Shown: one piece after another, positions 36,823-46,640 of the stretch | Numbering within the stretch: the stretch's first letter is position 1 | Layout: each line of letters begins with the position of its first letter | Virus record (IMG/VR): IMGVR_UViG_3300017767_000016 | Coordinates: 1 to 52,610 of that record | Direction: 5' to 3' (one strand) | DNA from: a virus | Lineage: Duplodnaviria > Caudoviricetes | DNA: 52,610 bases | Position numbers and translations under genes: made by a program | Notes under the pieces: generated by a model | Told to the model about the DNA's origin: nothing | Database searches by the model: none | What the model saw: only the letters and a program-made list of their open reading frames with translations

Positions 36823-39800
36823 TGATTATAGATTTAAGTTCATCAATTTGTTTTTGCTGTTCTTGAACTGCCCCTATCAAAGTTGAAACAAGATGCTCGT
36901 AGTCAACTTGTTTATATAATGTATCATCATCATCTGAAAGTCTTGTATTCTCTCTTACTACTTCAGGAACAACTTTTTCAACATCTTGTGCTATAAGCCC
37001 AATTTCTTTTTTACCATCTCTACTACCATCTTTCCAAGAGTATTCTACAGGCTCAAGTTTAAGTATTTTGTCTAAGTTGTCTGTAGTTGGCTTTATGTCT
37101 GTTTTTAATCTTTTATCTGAAAAACTATAATATGCAATAACATCACTAGCAGCGTATACATCACCAGTTCCTAATACTCTAAATATTACGTTACCTGTGC
37201 CTGTAGTATTGTTACCTATTTCAAATTTTTCGTCTGTGTTATTGTTATTACTGTCAATATTTATTCTTAAATGGTGATAAGAGTTTATAGTCATATCATC
37301 TCCATAGCTATCTCCGTAAGTAGATCTTATAGAGTGGTGTGTGTTCGTTCCATAACTATCAGAATCCCAGGTAAAATATATACCACCCATTCTGTATATA
37401 TTAGAATATTGACCATTTACAGATCTACCATAGAAATGTCCACGTGCTGTAACATTTGTTGATATATCAGCACTACCACTAACATATAATGCTTCTGTAC
37501 TAGGAGATGTAGCAGATTCACCTTGCCCAATAGATAATGATGTAGCAACAGTTAGTCTACCATTAGTAGTTAATGACATTGCACCTTGTGCATCAGTATG
37601 AGAATTATCTCCCCACCAAAACCCTCTATCATCTTCATTGTTCATTTGGAATGACATAGCGTAGTCATTTAAATGTCCAAAAGTAAAGCCGCTCTTCATA
37701 CCTATAGTATAAGCACTACTGTTCCAAACTCTTAATTTATCTCTTGTTTGGCTTGAGTTTCCGTCTATAAGCCCAAAATTATATCTAGTGCTATTAGCAA
37801 ACAAATCACTAAACGTTCCAGAGGTTATTTTAGAAGCGTCTAAATTGGGGATCCTTGCTGTTGCAAACGTTCCTGAAGTAACATCTCCAGCTGCATGGGT
37901 ATGTGAAGATGCTGCATAACTGCCAGCAGCTTGAGCACCTATTTCAGATAGGCTCCAACTCACGTTTCCTGATCCGTTTACTGACTTTCCGGTGCTTCCT
38001 ATAGTTATAGTTCTAGCTGTTGTCCAAGTGTCTGCATTTGGGTGGTAACCCGTGTGAAAAACCTGCTGGTTATTAACGAGGAGTTCTTTATTGAAGTAGA
38101 AGTTAGGTCTATCAGTATAGATATGAGCGTGGCTAGTGTTAGCAGGCCCAAAATCTATATAACCGTCGTTTGTTTGATGTCTTAAACCACCCCAGCTATT
38201 TACAGAGTTTGCTGTTTCACCATCTATATTAGCCCATGTTAAATCGTGACTATCGTCATTTACAGTTGCTGTTAATGTTACGTTAGCAGAACCATCTATA
38301 GATACGGATCCACTTAAATCACCAGCTAATGTTATTGTTCTTGCTGTAGTCCATTTATCAGCTTCAGGATGGTAATCAACATGATACAGCTGTCTCCAGT
38401 TTTTCCAAGTATTTGCGCCGTTTTCTGAACTAGAATTATCCGTACCCGATCTAAAATAAAGCTCATTCGACCCACCATACCTAGAGGCTAATTGTATTCC
38501 TTTAGTGCGGTCGCCAAAATTTACAGCAAACATATAAGATGTTGGCCATGTACCCCTGTCCGTTTGAGTAGATCTAGTTGCTTGGTATATTGCATTTGCT
38601 GTTGATGCGTCTATATTATAATCTTCTTTTGCTTGATATAGATATCCATTTGTAGTTAAAGCTGCTCCTGCGCTACCTGGTTCAATATAGTATGATGTAG
38701 AATCTATGTCATAAAATCTTTGAGCGCCCATACCCTGGCTGCCGCTATCAACCTGCACTTTTTTAGTCCATGAATTGCTGTCAAAATCCGATCCTGCATA
38801 AAAAGTTAAGTCATTACCGTCATGATGTATAAGCCATTTGTTATCGCCAGCGGTGTTTCTTAAAGCCAAGGACGGATATTCACCCACTATAGATAGCTGC
38901 TCTCTAGAATAAAAACCTTGCCCCCAGTTGTCGGCTATTTTAACTGAACCAGTAGTTGTCTCTATGTCGCCAGCCACATGAAGAGGGCGTGAAGGATTTG
39001 TTCCAATACCAACATTACCGCTTGAATCAATACGCATTCGTTCCACAGGGGTTCCACCGCTACTTGACGGTGTTGTTTTAAATTTTAATATTCCCCCACC
39101 AGAATTACCACCTCCAACTGTTGAAGCACTTTCAACTTCAATTTGAGCGTTACAATAGTTATTGTCGTCATCAACACTGAACTGAAGTATCCCAGTTGTT
39201 TCTCCAGCAGTTGCCGTTCCATCTTTTCTAAGTATATCTATAACCCCCGGGTTACCTGTACCACTAATAGAACCAACCCTTAAATCTGGGACAGAACCGA
39301 ATGTTGTAGTAAAATCCGTTACAGCGATGCCAACTTTGCCATTTAATACAGCCGCTGTTGTGCTATTATTAGGATCTACAAAATACGTTGTATTTCCATT
39401 GCCATGAAATCTATTTGCGTATACAGGTCCGTTGCTTGCTGCAATCCCACCCGTCTCTGTCGCCTCTAAATCGTTACAAACTATACTATTTGTAACATTT
39501 ACTTCTGAAGACGCTATCAATGAATACGGCGCTCCACTATCCAAATCTAAATACGAGCTTGTGCCGCTGGTGCCATAGTATCTACCGGATCTTACGGCGT
39601 TGCTATAAGTTGTACCATTTACATGCAAATCATAGGACGGAGAAGATGTACCAACACCAAGTCTATTGTTAGTAGTATCCCAGTGAAGATTTGTGTCGTT
39701 GGTTAGAGCTGTTGCTGAAGTCCATATTGCTAGTTTATTAGCTGAACCGCCGGAAAGGCTAGCGCCTCCAGAAGCATCTTCCCAAGCAATACCTGATCCT

Positions 39801-39907
39801 GTGGAGGTTAATACTTGCCCATCTGTACCTTGAGCACTGTCGATTGTTAAGTTACTTAAATCAACAGTGCCGGATACGTCTATACCTTTAAGAAATGGTA
39901 TTGCCAT
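36809..39907 (-). CDS. tail fibre with C-terminal intramolecular chaperone (peptidase S74)
   Basis: GVGTSSPSY.LHV.G, ERMRIDSSGNVGIGT, two A.KWTTARTIT repeats, SDKRLKTDI...GLIAQDVEKVVPEVV. Confidence 0.9.
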   Translation of the reverse strand: MAIPFLKGIDVSGTVDLSNLTIDSAQGTDGQVLTSTGSGIAWEDASGGASLSGGSANKLAIWTSATALTNDTNLHWDTTNNRLGVGTSSPSYDLHVNGTTYSNAVRSGRYYGTSGTSSYLDLDSGAPYSLIASSEVNVTNSIVCNDLEATETGGIAASNGPVYANRFHGNGNTTYFVDPNNSTTAAVLNGKVGIAVTDFTTTFGSVPDLRVGSISGTGNPGVIDILRKDGTATAGETTGILQFSVDDDNNYCNAQIEVESASTVGGGNSGGGILKFKTTPSSSGGTPVERMRIDSSGNVGIGTNPSRPLHVAGDIETTTGSVKIADNWGQGFYSREQLSIVGEYPSLALRNTAGDNKWLIHHDGNDLTFYAGSDFDSNSWTKKVQVDSGSQGMGAQRFYDIDSTSYYIEPGSAGAALTTNGYLYQAKEDYNIDASTANAIYQATRSTQTDRGTWPTSYMFAVNFGDRTKGIQLASRYGGSNELYFRSGTDNSSSENGANTWKNWRQLYHVDYHPEADKWTTARTITLAGDLSGSVSIDGSANVTLTATVNDDSHDLTWANIDGETANSVNSWGGLRHQTNDGYIDFGPANTSHAHIYTDRPNFYFNKELLVNNQQVFHTGYHPNADTWTTARTITIGSTGKSVNGSGNVSWSLSEIGAQAAGSYAASSHTHAAGDVTSGTFATARIPNLDASKITSGTFSDLFANSTRYNFGLIDGNSSQTRDKLRVWNSSAYTIGMKSGFTFGHLNDYAMSFQMNNEDDRGFWWGDNSHTDAQGAMSLTTNGRLTVATSLSIGQGESATSPSTEALYVSGSADISTNVTARGHFYGRSVNGQYSNIYRMGGIYFTWDSDSYGTNTHHSIRSTYGDSYGDDMTINSYHHLRINIDSNNNNTDEKFEIGNNTTGTGNVIFRVLGTGDVYAASDVIAYYSFSDKRLKTDIKPTTDNLDKILKLEPVEYSWKDGSRDGKKEIGLIAQDVEKVVPEVVRENTRLSDDDDTLYKQVDYEHLVSTLIGAVQEQQKQIDELKSIINGGS

Positions 39908-39925
39908 ATTTTATTTAATTGTTTA

Positions 39926-41362
39926 TTATGATATTGCAGGGAATGAACTAATTAAAACAACATAATCTTGCGTTGCACTCGGAGCGGATCCAAAAGAAAC
40001 ATCAACGCTGCTAGTTTCTGATCCCGATGTGGCAGTCACGTCGGCAAAAACTCTTTCGTAAGTAGCTCCAGTGCCGTTATTACCATAATCTAAAATTTCA
40101 ACACTAACAAGTGCATTGTTTAATCCATGCGACAGCGAAAACGTGGTTTCTGTTCCATCACCTGATATTTTTTTAGTCTTTTTGCCTGTATGAGCTAAAG
40201 ACGTTACGCCATCTAAAAGGTTAATTTCAGATGCCGTAGCGGTAACACCATCTAGTATATTTAATTCCGCTGTAGTGGATGTTACACCATCCAAAATGTT
40301 TAATTCAGCAGTAGTGGATGTTACTCCATCTAGTATATTTAACTCTGATGCGGTTGATGTTACACCATCTAATATATTTAATTCGCTGGTTGTTACAGTT
40401 GCACCGTCTAATATGTTTAATTCAGATGGGGTTGATGTTATAGTTGCTGTGGGAGCAGTTGAAAATAAAGCTACGTGACCAGCTAAATTAGGTAACGTAT
40501 ATGTTTTACTTGAACCCGCTACGGTTGAAACAAGAGTTGCATCATTTCCATCAGCAGCCGTTCCTTCAAATATAACGCCACTCGATGTGCTAACTGTTTC
40601 AACATTATTAGTAATGGTTTTTCCAATAACCGTTAAGTTACCTTTTATAGTAACTTGAGTGTCATCGCCTGAATCTCCAATAGTCAGCGTGTCGCTTCCT
40701 GTCATTACAGAAGTAACAGCGTTTAACTTAGTTAAATCTAAACTATAGTTGTTTGCGCCAGCGTCCACACCGTCAAGCTTAGTTTTATCTGAAGCTGTCA
40801 TTACCCCCGCTAAACTTTGTGTTGCAGCAGCGATAGAATCATTTGTGCCTGTTGAAGATTGAATTTCAACGGTGCTAGCGCCTTCTGATATAGTTATGTT
40901 TGTAGCATCAACTACAAAATCCATATTATTATTAGTATCGTCGTATGTGACGCTAATGCGAGTTTTTGTGCCGCCTGTAGCAACTAAAGGTCCGGCTATA
41001 TCCATAACCTCCTCGCTTGTTAAAGCAGAAGTATCAGTCCATGGTACATTTACGAAAGCCTTGTTATCGCCATCTAATTCTATAGGATAATTTTTACCGC
41101 TTTCGGTATAACCTATTTTTACACCTCCCAGTGCGCTATTTGTAGCGACTGGTAATGTGTAATCATTAAAGTTTGAAGTTACCCAGCTTCTAAAAGCAAC
41201 AGTTTCCCAGCTTGACCCGCTATGTACATTGACTGTTTTGCCAGTAGTATGAAAATAGATTTGCCCTTCTGCTGAAGTAGGTGTTGACGACGTTTTATGC
41301 AGTTTTGCGTTTTGCAGCTCGTTGTCTGATAAATTTATATTGTTAAGAAATGGAATTGCCAT
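39926..41362 (-). CDS. fibre protein with 13-aa ELNILDG repeats
   Basis: YTLPVAT..ALGGVKIG, AGVMTASDKTKLDG, six ELNILDG repeats, GDG..T.F...HGL terminal domain. Confidence 0.75.
   Translation of the reverse strand: MAIPFLNNINLSDNELQNAKLHKTSSTPTSAEGQIYFHTTGKTVNVHSGSSWETVAFRSWVTSNFNDYTLPVATNSALGGVKIGYTESGKNYPIELDGDNKAFVNVPWTDTSALTSEEVMDIAGPLVATGGTKTRISVTYDDTNNNMDFVVDATNITISEGASTVEIQSSTGTNDSIAAATQSLAGVMTASDKTKLDGVDAGANNYSLDLTKLNAVTSVMTGSDTLTIGDSGDDTQVTIKGNLTVIGKTITNNVETVSTSSGVIFEGTAADGNDATLVSTVAGSSKTYTLPNLAGHVALFSTAPTATITSTPSELNILDGATVTTSELNILDGVTSTASELNILDGVTSTTAELNILDGVTSTTAELNILDGVTATASEINLLDGVTSLAHTGKKTKKISGDGTETTFSLSHGLNNALVSVEILDYGNNGTGATYERVFADVTATSGSETSSVDVSFGSAPSATQDYVVLISSFPAIS
40196..40429 (-). 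repeat. six in-frame 39-bp tandem repeats (xxELNILDGxTxT)
   Basis: Read directly from DNA and protein; units differ mostly at synonymous positions. Confidence 0.9.
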
Positions 41363-41366
41363 AATT

Positions 41367-42041
41367 TTAATTCATATATGCTTTGCCCGATTCAGCACCG
41401 GTAAAGGTTATTGTTAAACTGTTTTTTGATGTGTAATTTACGTCGCCATAACCTTTTTGCCCTGTTGACAATACAGCCGACACCGACGGGTATTTTCCTA
41501 AATTATGCTGAATAGTCCACGTTTGGCTAGCCTGACCTTGATTATGTACAAAATGCTTATCCCCTGCTCCAGCAAAAGATATCACATAATACTTATCAAA
41601 AGTCAAAACCCCGTTTGTAGACTCAGCAGTTAATGTTATATTAAAAAAATTCTGCCCAGAGGGCTTTGTTACGGAATCAACATTATATATACCGTAAACA
41701 TCTTTATCGTCTGTTTGAGATAGTATAATTTTATTACCTGAATATTCTTCTATAAAATTACTTATATCTTGCTCAGACTGGTCTATTTGATTAAATTTTA
41801 ATAATGTAACAGAAGAAAATGCCGTATTACCTGCAACTCCTGTAAATTTTCCAGCAGACTGTGCTGTTCCAAATTGGTACATTACTTGACCTCCTACAGC
41901 AACAAGTCCTTTGCTGCTTAAAAAATTAGCCAAGCTATCTAGTGTATAATTTATGGTCACTGAACCAGATGAATCCGTACCTAATATTTTATCTCGTCGG
42001 GTAAGATTAACATCATTTGAATATGTACCTATTCTTGCCAT
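41367..42041 (-). CDS. virion structural protein (fibre anchor-like)
   Basis: MARIGTY N-terminus shared with the 50869 gene; C-terminal WTIQHNLGKYPSV...GKAYMN domain. Confidence 0.65.
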   Translation of the reverse strand: MARIGTYSNDVNLTRRDKILGTDSSGSVTINYTLDSLANFLSSKGLVAVGGQVMYQFGTAQSAGKFTGVAGNTAFSSVTLLKFNQIDQSEQDISNFIEEYSGNKIILSQTDDKDVYGIYNVDSVTKPSGQNFFNITLTAESTNGVLTFDKYYVISFAGAGDKHFVHNQGQASQTWTIQHNLGKYPSVSAVLSTGQKGYGDVNYTSKNSLTITFTGAESGKAYMN

Positions 42042-42044
42042 TTA

Positions 42045-42431
42045 TTATTGTTTTTTAGACTTTTCCCAAGTTCTGCCTACAAAATATGCACCATACACTG
42101 TAATAAGTAAAGACTGAAAAATAGGTATATATTCTTCAGCCACTTGAAAACCGCCTATGTTACCGTCAAAAAACGACAAGGCGGTAAATATGAATGTTAA
42201 ATAAATTAAAACTAGAGGTCTAATGTTTTTAGAAAGAAAAGAGTCGGATTGCATGTCAAGCTTCCAGCGCTCAGTAATTTGACCTTGCGCGTCTTGATCT
42301 GCCTTTTCCAAAAGCTCTTGTAATTTCTGCTTAGCCTCTAGTCTTTCTTCTTCTGTGGTTGTTAAGCTATCAATAACTCCCCCAACGTCTTTTATAAGCC
42401 CCCCAGTTATTAAACTGAGTAATTTTTTCAT
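42045..42431 (-). CDS. holin (GTA 3-TM holin-like)
   Basis: RW..DM.SDSFLSKNIRPL, two TMs, AYFVGRTWEK. Confidence 0.75.
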   Translation of the reverse strand: MKKLLSLITGGLIKDVGGVIDSLTTTEEERLEAKQKLQELLEKADQDAQGQITERWKLDMQSDSFLSKNIRPLVLIYLTFIFTALSFFDGNIGGFQVAEEYIPIFQSLLITVYGAYFVGRTWEKSKKQ

Positions 42432-42790
42432 TTTAATGCTATTGATTTATATTTATAAAAATTATTTCTAACATCCACATAAAATGAGTCAATAGTTTTT
42501 TCTCTTGTTACTTCTAATAAAAAAGTGCCATCAACACAATATGCTGTTATTAAATATTTTTTTACTTTATCTTTTGGGTCCTTTCTATTAAAACTTTTAA
42601 TTCCTGTCCTTCCGTGATATTCCTCTATTTCATGAAACATATCAGTAACATCTGTGGTTTCAGACTCGCAGCTTATTATATAATCAGAAATTGTTTCGTC
42701 ATAAGAATTATAATGGTATTCAGCCATGTCAGGAGCCTGTGAAAATGATAAAAAAGATATTAATAAAAAAATGGTATTTAGGTATTTCAT
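42428..42790 (-). CDS. secreted hypothetical protein (moron-like)
   Basis: Signal peptide MKYLNTIFLLISFLSFSQ; AT-rich gene with its own 60-bp upstream gap. Confidence 0.7.
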   Translation of the reverse strand: MKYLNTIFLLISFLSFSQAPDMAEYHYNSYDETISDYIISCESETTDVTDMFHEIEEYHGRTGIKSFNRKDPKDKVKKYLITAYCVDGTFLLEVTREKTIDSFYVDVRNNFYKYKSIALK

Positions 42791-42851
42791 TGTATTTAAT
42801 TTAAGTTATTTATATAATATACATATTACATAAATTTTTCTTAAATTACTA

Positions 42852-43685
42852 CTACCTAATCCCTCTTGATTTTACTTTTTTATAAGTTAATCGGTCCACC
42901 CCAAGAGCAATAGAACTTGCAGCATCACCTATACCTTCACCAACGCTAGATATTCCTGAGCCAATACCTTTCCCAACTGAGCCTATAGCGCTGCCAACTT
43001 TATTTAAAAGAGTTTGCTTGTTTCTCCTTGATCTTGAAGTTGTTGATTTTTTTGTTGGTTTTGAAGGTTTTGTTGAGGACGAAACATTGTAACCAAAGCT
43101 CATATCAATACCCTTAGACTTCAGAGTGCTAATGCTACCGCCTGTTTTTTGCATTGTTTTAGCTGCTTCAACTGCGCCGCTATACATGTCAGCCGATAAC
43201 TGCTTCTGTTTTTTGATAGCTCTATCGAAACCTTGTTTTTTAACCTGAGTATTTGTAGCTTTTGAATCAACAAAATTAAACATACGAGATGACCCTTTAC
43301 CAAATTGACCTTCAAACTTTTGTTTTTGTTCTAAAACTCCCCCTTTGCCTCTTACTTTGCCAAAACCACGCACATCATATGCACTATGAATTTGTTCGTC
43401 TGGAGATAAATCTGAATATGATTTTCCAAACATTCTTTTCGCACCTTCCCCTTGCTCATATTCATAAGCACTCGGTCCTTTTCCTGAAAACTGAAAAGAC
43501 TTTGCTGGTTTTGGCGAAGTTAACCCCTTACCTCCTTCTGGAAACGCCGCTTTTTCTAGCTGGCTACCGGCATTAAAAGCCATATTGTTTAAGCTTTGTA
43601 CAGTACCTGTATCAAGAGAACTAAAAGAACCTGGCGAGTCGGCATTTGCGGTGCCTTTACCGTTTTTCATTTTAAATTTTGACAT
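42852..43685 (-). CDS. basic Gly/Ser/Lys-rich hypothetical protein
   Basis: 277-aa low-complexity ORF with GSAIGSVGKGIGSGISSVGEGIG repeats. Confidence 0.75.
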   Translation of the reverse strand: MSKFKMKNGKGTANADSPGSFSSLDTGTVQSLNNMAFNAGSQLEKAAFPEGGKGLTSPKPAKSFQFSGKGPSAYEYEQGEGAKRMFGKSYSDLSPDEQIHSAYDVRGFGKVRGKGGVLEQKQKFEGQFGKGSSRMFNFVDSKATNTQVKKQGFDRAIKKQKQLSADMYSGAVEAAKTMQKTGGSISTLKSKGIDMSFGYNVSSSTKPSKPTKKSTTSRSRRNKQTLLNKVGSAIGSVGKGIGSGISSVGEGIGDAASSIALGVDRLTYKKVKSRGIR

Positions 43686-43690
43686 AACCT

Positions 43691-43852
43691 TTATTTTTTG
43701 TATCTGCGAGGAAATAGAGTGTTCATAGCCTTACGACGTCCCTCACAGCCGCACGGTATGTTTAAACTTGTTGACATGAAATCTACAGCTTTTTTAATGC
43801 CTGTCGCTTTGGTAAATTTATAAATATCATCACCTAACCCTTTTGATTTCAT
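43691..43852 (-). CDS. small protein with CGC motif (53 aa, not in ORF track)
   Basis: MKSKGLGDDIYKFTKATGIKKAVDFMSTSLNIPCGCEGRRKAMNTLFPRRYKK. Confidence 0.8.
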   Translation of the reverse strand: MKSKGLGDDIYKFTKATGIKKAVDFMSTSLNIPCGCEGRRKAMNTLFPRRYKK

Positions 43853-43962
43853 TTTCTTTTTTTTCTTTTTTTCAAAGCTTTAAAATCAGCTCCGGTAATT
43901 TTATTATACGGCTTAGCTGCTTTAGCAATTCTTTTTTGCCCTGTTGATAGTTTCTTTTTCAT
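43849..43962 (-). CDS. small basic protein (37 aa, not in ORF track)
   Basis: MKKKLSTGQKRIAKAAKPYNKITGADFKALKKRKKRK; ATGA coupling to the next gene. Confidence 0.75.
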   Translation of the reverse strand: MKKKLSTGQKRIAKAAKPYNKITGADFKALKKRKKRK

Positions 43963-43966
43963 AATA

Positions 43967-44254
43967 TTAACAATTCCATTTTCTTCGCGCTGCCTTACCC
44001 CTTTCAGAAGTCCAGCTTTTTGATCTTGCGCAAAATGATTTTCTACGTTTCCAAGCTTTGCTTCCTTTTTTAAGTTTTGAAGGAGGTGTCGTCACAGCTG
44101 TTTTTAGCTTGCTACCCGGGTTATCTTTACGGTATTTTTTAACGCCTTTAGCTGTCATTCCACCACCGGCGCTCTTGCCTGTACCTCTGCCTTTTTTTAC
44201 TTTGGCGTAATATCCTTTAGATTTTTTTCTTGATGGTGCGTTTTTACTAGGCAT
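43967..44254 (-). CDS. small basic protein
   Basis: GGMTAKGVKKYRKDNPGSKLK...RRKSFCARS...ARRKWNC. Confidence 0.8.
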   Translation of the reverse strand: MPSKNAPSRKKSKGYYAKVKKGRGTGKSAGGGMTAKGVKKYRKDNPGSKLKTAVTTPPSKLKKGSKAWKRRKSFCARSKSWTSERGKAARRKWNC

Positions 44255-44256
44255 AA

Positions 44257-44352
44257 CTACTTTTTCTTTTTAGTCATAGACTTTTTACCGTAAGATTTTT
44301 TATAACCTTTTTTTACTGTAAGGCCTCCGCCTTTTTTGCTTTTACCTGGCAT
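44257..44352 (-). CDS. Lys-rich micro-protein (31 aa, not in ORF track)
   Basis: MPGKSKKGGGLTVKKGYKKSYGKKSMTKKKK; fills the gap exactly. Confidence 0.7.
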   Translation of the reverse strand: MPGKSKKGGGLTVKKGYKKSYGKKSMTKKKK

Positions 44353-44363
44353 AATAATAAATT

Positions 44364-44804
44364 TTAACGTTCTGGATCTTTGATCATATCATCAATAGCC
44401 TTGTTGTAGACTTTATCTGTATATGTTTTATTTTTGAAAAATATGCTACGCTCAGACGTTGGAAGGTCTTCTTCGCCTAGCATTATTCTATATATTCTAC
44501 TTACTAAGTGTTTGCATTTAAATGAGGTTTGAAATATAGAATATTTAATTGAAGTACGGTTACGATGACGCCAAACCTCAATCCAGCCATCGCGGCGAAG
44601 GCGCTCCCACCTATCTTTATCCCAAGAATATGTGTATTCACCTTCTATAAAATCATTACGTGTAAAACGCTTTTTGCAATCTAAATATATTAAAAGTTCT
44701 AAATCAGCATCTTTTAAGTTATGAGTTTTACAGGCCCATTTGCGAATGAGCCTATAATACTTCATTAAATTTAGTTCTCTAAAGTCGTCCGCGCTTATTC
44801 TCAT
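44364..44804 (-). CDS. hypothetical protein, possible winged-helix fold
   Basis: L..ADLELLIYL...FT......L.RDGWI.V pattern; coupled to groS. Confidence 0.65.
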   Translation of the reverse strand: MRISADDFRELNLMKYYRLIRKWACKTHNLKDADLELLIYLDCKKRFTRNDFIEGEYTYSWDKDRWERLRRDGWIEVWRHRNRTSIKYSIFQTSFKCKHLVSRIYRIMLGEEDLPTSERSIFFKNKTYTDKVYNKAIDDMIKDPER

Positions 44805-45058
44805 TCAACCATAACTATATCGCCGAGCTTTAGCACATGATACAGCTTATTCTTCCATTCTATACCGTGCCCATTATGCTTGTCGTAATAAACAATATCG
44901 TCTTTTTTAAGGGATTCAACTAAATTACCTGCAGATATAACCTTACCCTTCAAGTACCTAACGTCGCTGTTTTGCGATTCCGTAAGCTCAAGCCCACCTA
45001 CTGTCTTCGGTGCTTCCTTTATTTTTTCAATAACTACGAAATAATTAATTGCTTTCAT
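44801..45058 (-). CDS. groS: co-chaperonin GroES
   Basis: Mobile loop KTVGGLEL, GKVISAG, LKKDDIVYY; overlaps the groL stop. Confidence 0.88.
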   Translation of the reverse strand: MKAINYFVVIEKIKEAPKTVGGLELTESQNSDVRYLKGKVISAGNLVESLKKDDIVYYDKHNGHGIEWKNKLYHVLKLGDIVMVE

Positions 45059-46616
45059 CTAATCGTATATTATTGATTATACAGTCAGCAGATATAATTG
45101 TATTAACAACTGATACCGCATTTTTAAGAGCAGTTTTTGTAACAAACGCCGGATCAATAATTCCAGCTCTAATCATATTAGTCGGCTTGCCTGTTACAAC
45201 ATCACGTCCCCAGCCTTTGCGTTCCATGCTTAAATTATCGCTAAGTCCTGCATTATTAAGAATAGTTCTGTATGGCGATAGTATAGCGCCTAATAGGACC
45301 TCTTCTCCTTTACTTTTTGGATTTATTTTTTGAGCTGCGTTCATAAGTGCGACACCACCACCTGGCACTATACCCTCTTTAAGCGCGGCTTTTACGGCAA
45401 ATAAAGCATCTTCAACCCTATCTCTTTTTTCTTTAAGCTCAATTTTAGAATCAGCCCCAACTTTTATAACGCCGACAGCACCGTTTAGCATTGCTAGTCT
45501 TTGCTGTAATCGTTTCTTAAAATATGGATTAGTTTCGTTTTTAATTTTTTGTTCAACTTGCAAAACTCTTTCTTTTAAATCTTCACCTAGCTCTAGAGTT
45601 TGCAAAACTGTTGTTTTTTCATCAGTTATAGCTTTTGTAACTTCGCCTAATACTGATGGCTCTATAAGATCTAAATCATCACCTAGTTCTTCATTTATAA
45701 CAGTTGCACCTGTTAAAAACGCTAAATCTTCGATTGTGTCTTGTTTTGACGGCCCAAAGCCAGGAGGGTCAATAACATTAACTTTTATATTACCTTTTAC
45801 TTTATTAGCTAAAAGAGCTGCCATTGGCTGCTGCTCAATTGAAGAAACAATTAATAAGGACCTATTCTGTTTTATAACATGCTCTAGCACCCCCTGTATT
45901 TTTCTAATATTAGGTATAGGAGAAGATACAATAAGAACATACGGGTTATCTAAAACAGCTCTGTTTTTGTCTTTATCTGTAATAAGATGCGGAGATTTTA
46001 ATCCTGACTCTAACTGTACGCCTTCTACGAATTCAACATAAGTTTCGCCGGTATCGGATTCCTCCATTAATACAATTCCGTCTTTGCCGACTTTTTCAAA
46101 TGCATCACCTATTTTTTCACCAAGTTCTGTATCATTGTTACAACTAATGGTTGCTATTTGTTTTAACATAGAGTCTTTTACAGGTACAGCTATTTTATCA
46201 ATATATTTAGCTACATTTGTCGCAGCTTTTTCCACGCCTGCTTTTAAAGAGCGAACATCTGTTTCGCCTTTATCTAATTCTTTACTGGCATTACTGAGTA
46301 GCCAGTGAGCGAGTACGGTAGCCGTTGTGGTACCGTCACCCGCTTCTCTGACCGTGTTTTTAGCTGCCTCTTTTATAAGTGTCGCTCCGATGTTTTCAAC
46401 TGGGTCTCTTAAGACTACGGATTCCGCAACCGTTACACCATCTTTTGTTATGACCGGTTTTCCTAACGCATCTTCATATATAACGCACTTACCTGAGGCA
46501 CCTAAAGTAGAGCTCACAGCTTTTGCAAGCTTCTCTACACCTGCCATTACTTTATCTTTACCTTCACTCCCGAATGATAAAGATTTTACTATCTCGCTTG
46601 GGTTATTATATTCCAT
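45045..46616 (-). CDS. groL: chaperonin GroEL (no GGM tail)
   Basis: ITKDGVTVA, AGDGTTTATVLA, PGFG, RVEDAL, GIVPGGGVAL, GIIDP. Confidence 0.97.
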   Translation of the reverse strand: MEYNNPSEIVKSLSFGSEGKDKVMAGVEKLAKAVSSTLGASGKCVIYEDALGKPVITKDGVTVAESVVLRDPVENIGATLIKEAAKNTVREAGDGTTTATVLAHWLLSNASKELDKGETDVRSLKAGVEKAATNVAKYIDKIAVPVKDSMLKQIATISCNNDTELGEKIGDAFEKVGKDGIVLMEESDTGETYVEFVEGVQLESGLKSPHLITDKDKNRAVLDNPYVLIVSSPIPNIRKIQGVLEHVIKQNRSLLIVSSIEQQPMAALLANKVKGNIKVNVIDPPGFGPSKQDTIEDLAFLTGATVINEELGDDLDLIEPSVLGEVTKAITDEKTTVLQTLELGEDLKERVLQVEQKIKNETNPYFKKRLQQRLAMLNGAVGVIKVGADSKIELKEKRDRVEDALFAVKAALKEGIVPGGGVALMNAAQKINPKSKGEEVLLGAILSPYRTILNNAGLSDNLSMERKGWGRDVVTGKPTNMIRAGIIDPAFVTKTALKNAVSVVNTIISADCIINNIRLDESN

Positions 46617-46640
46617 TTAATTAAATTTTTTATAGAGATA

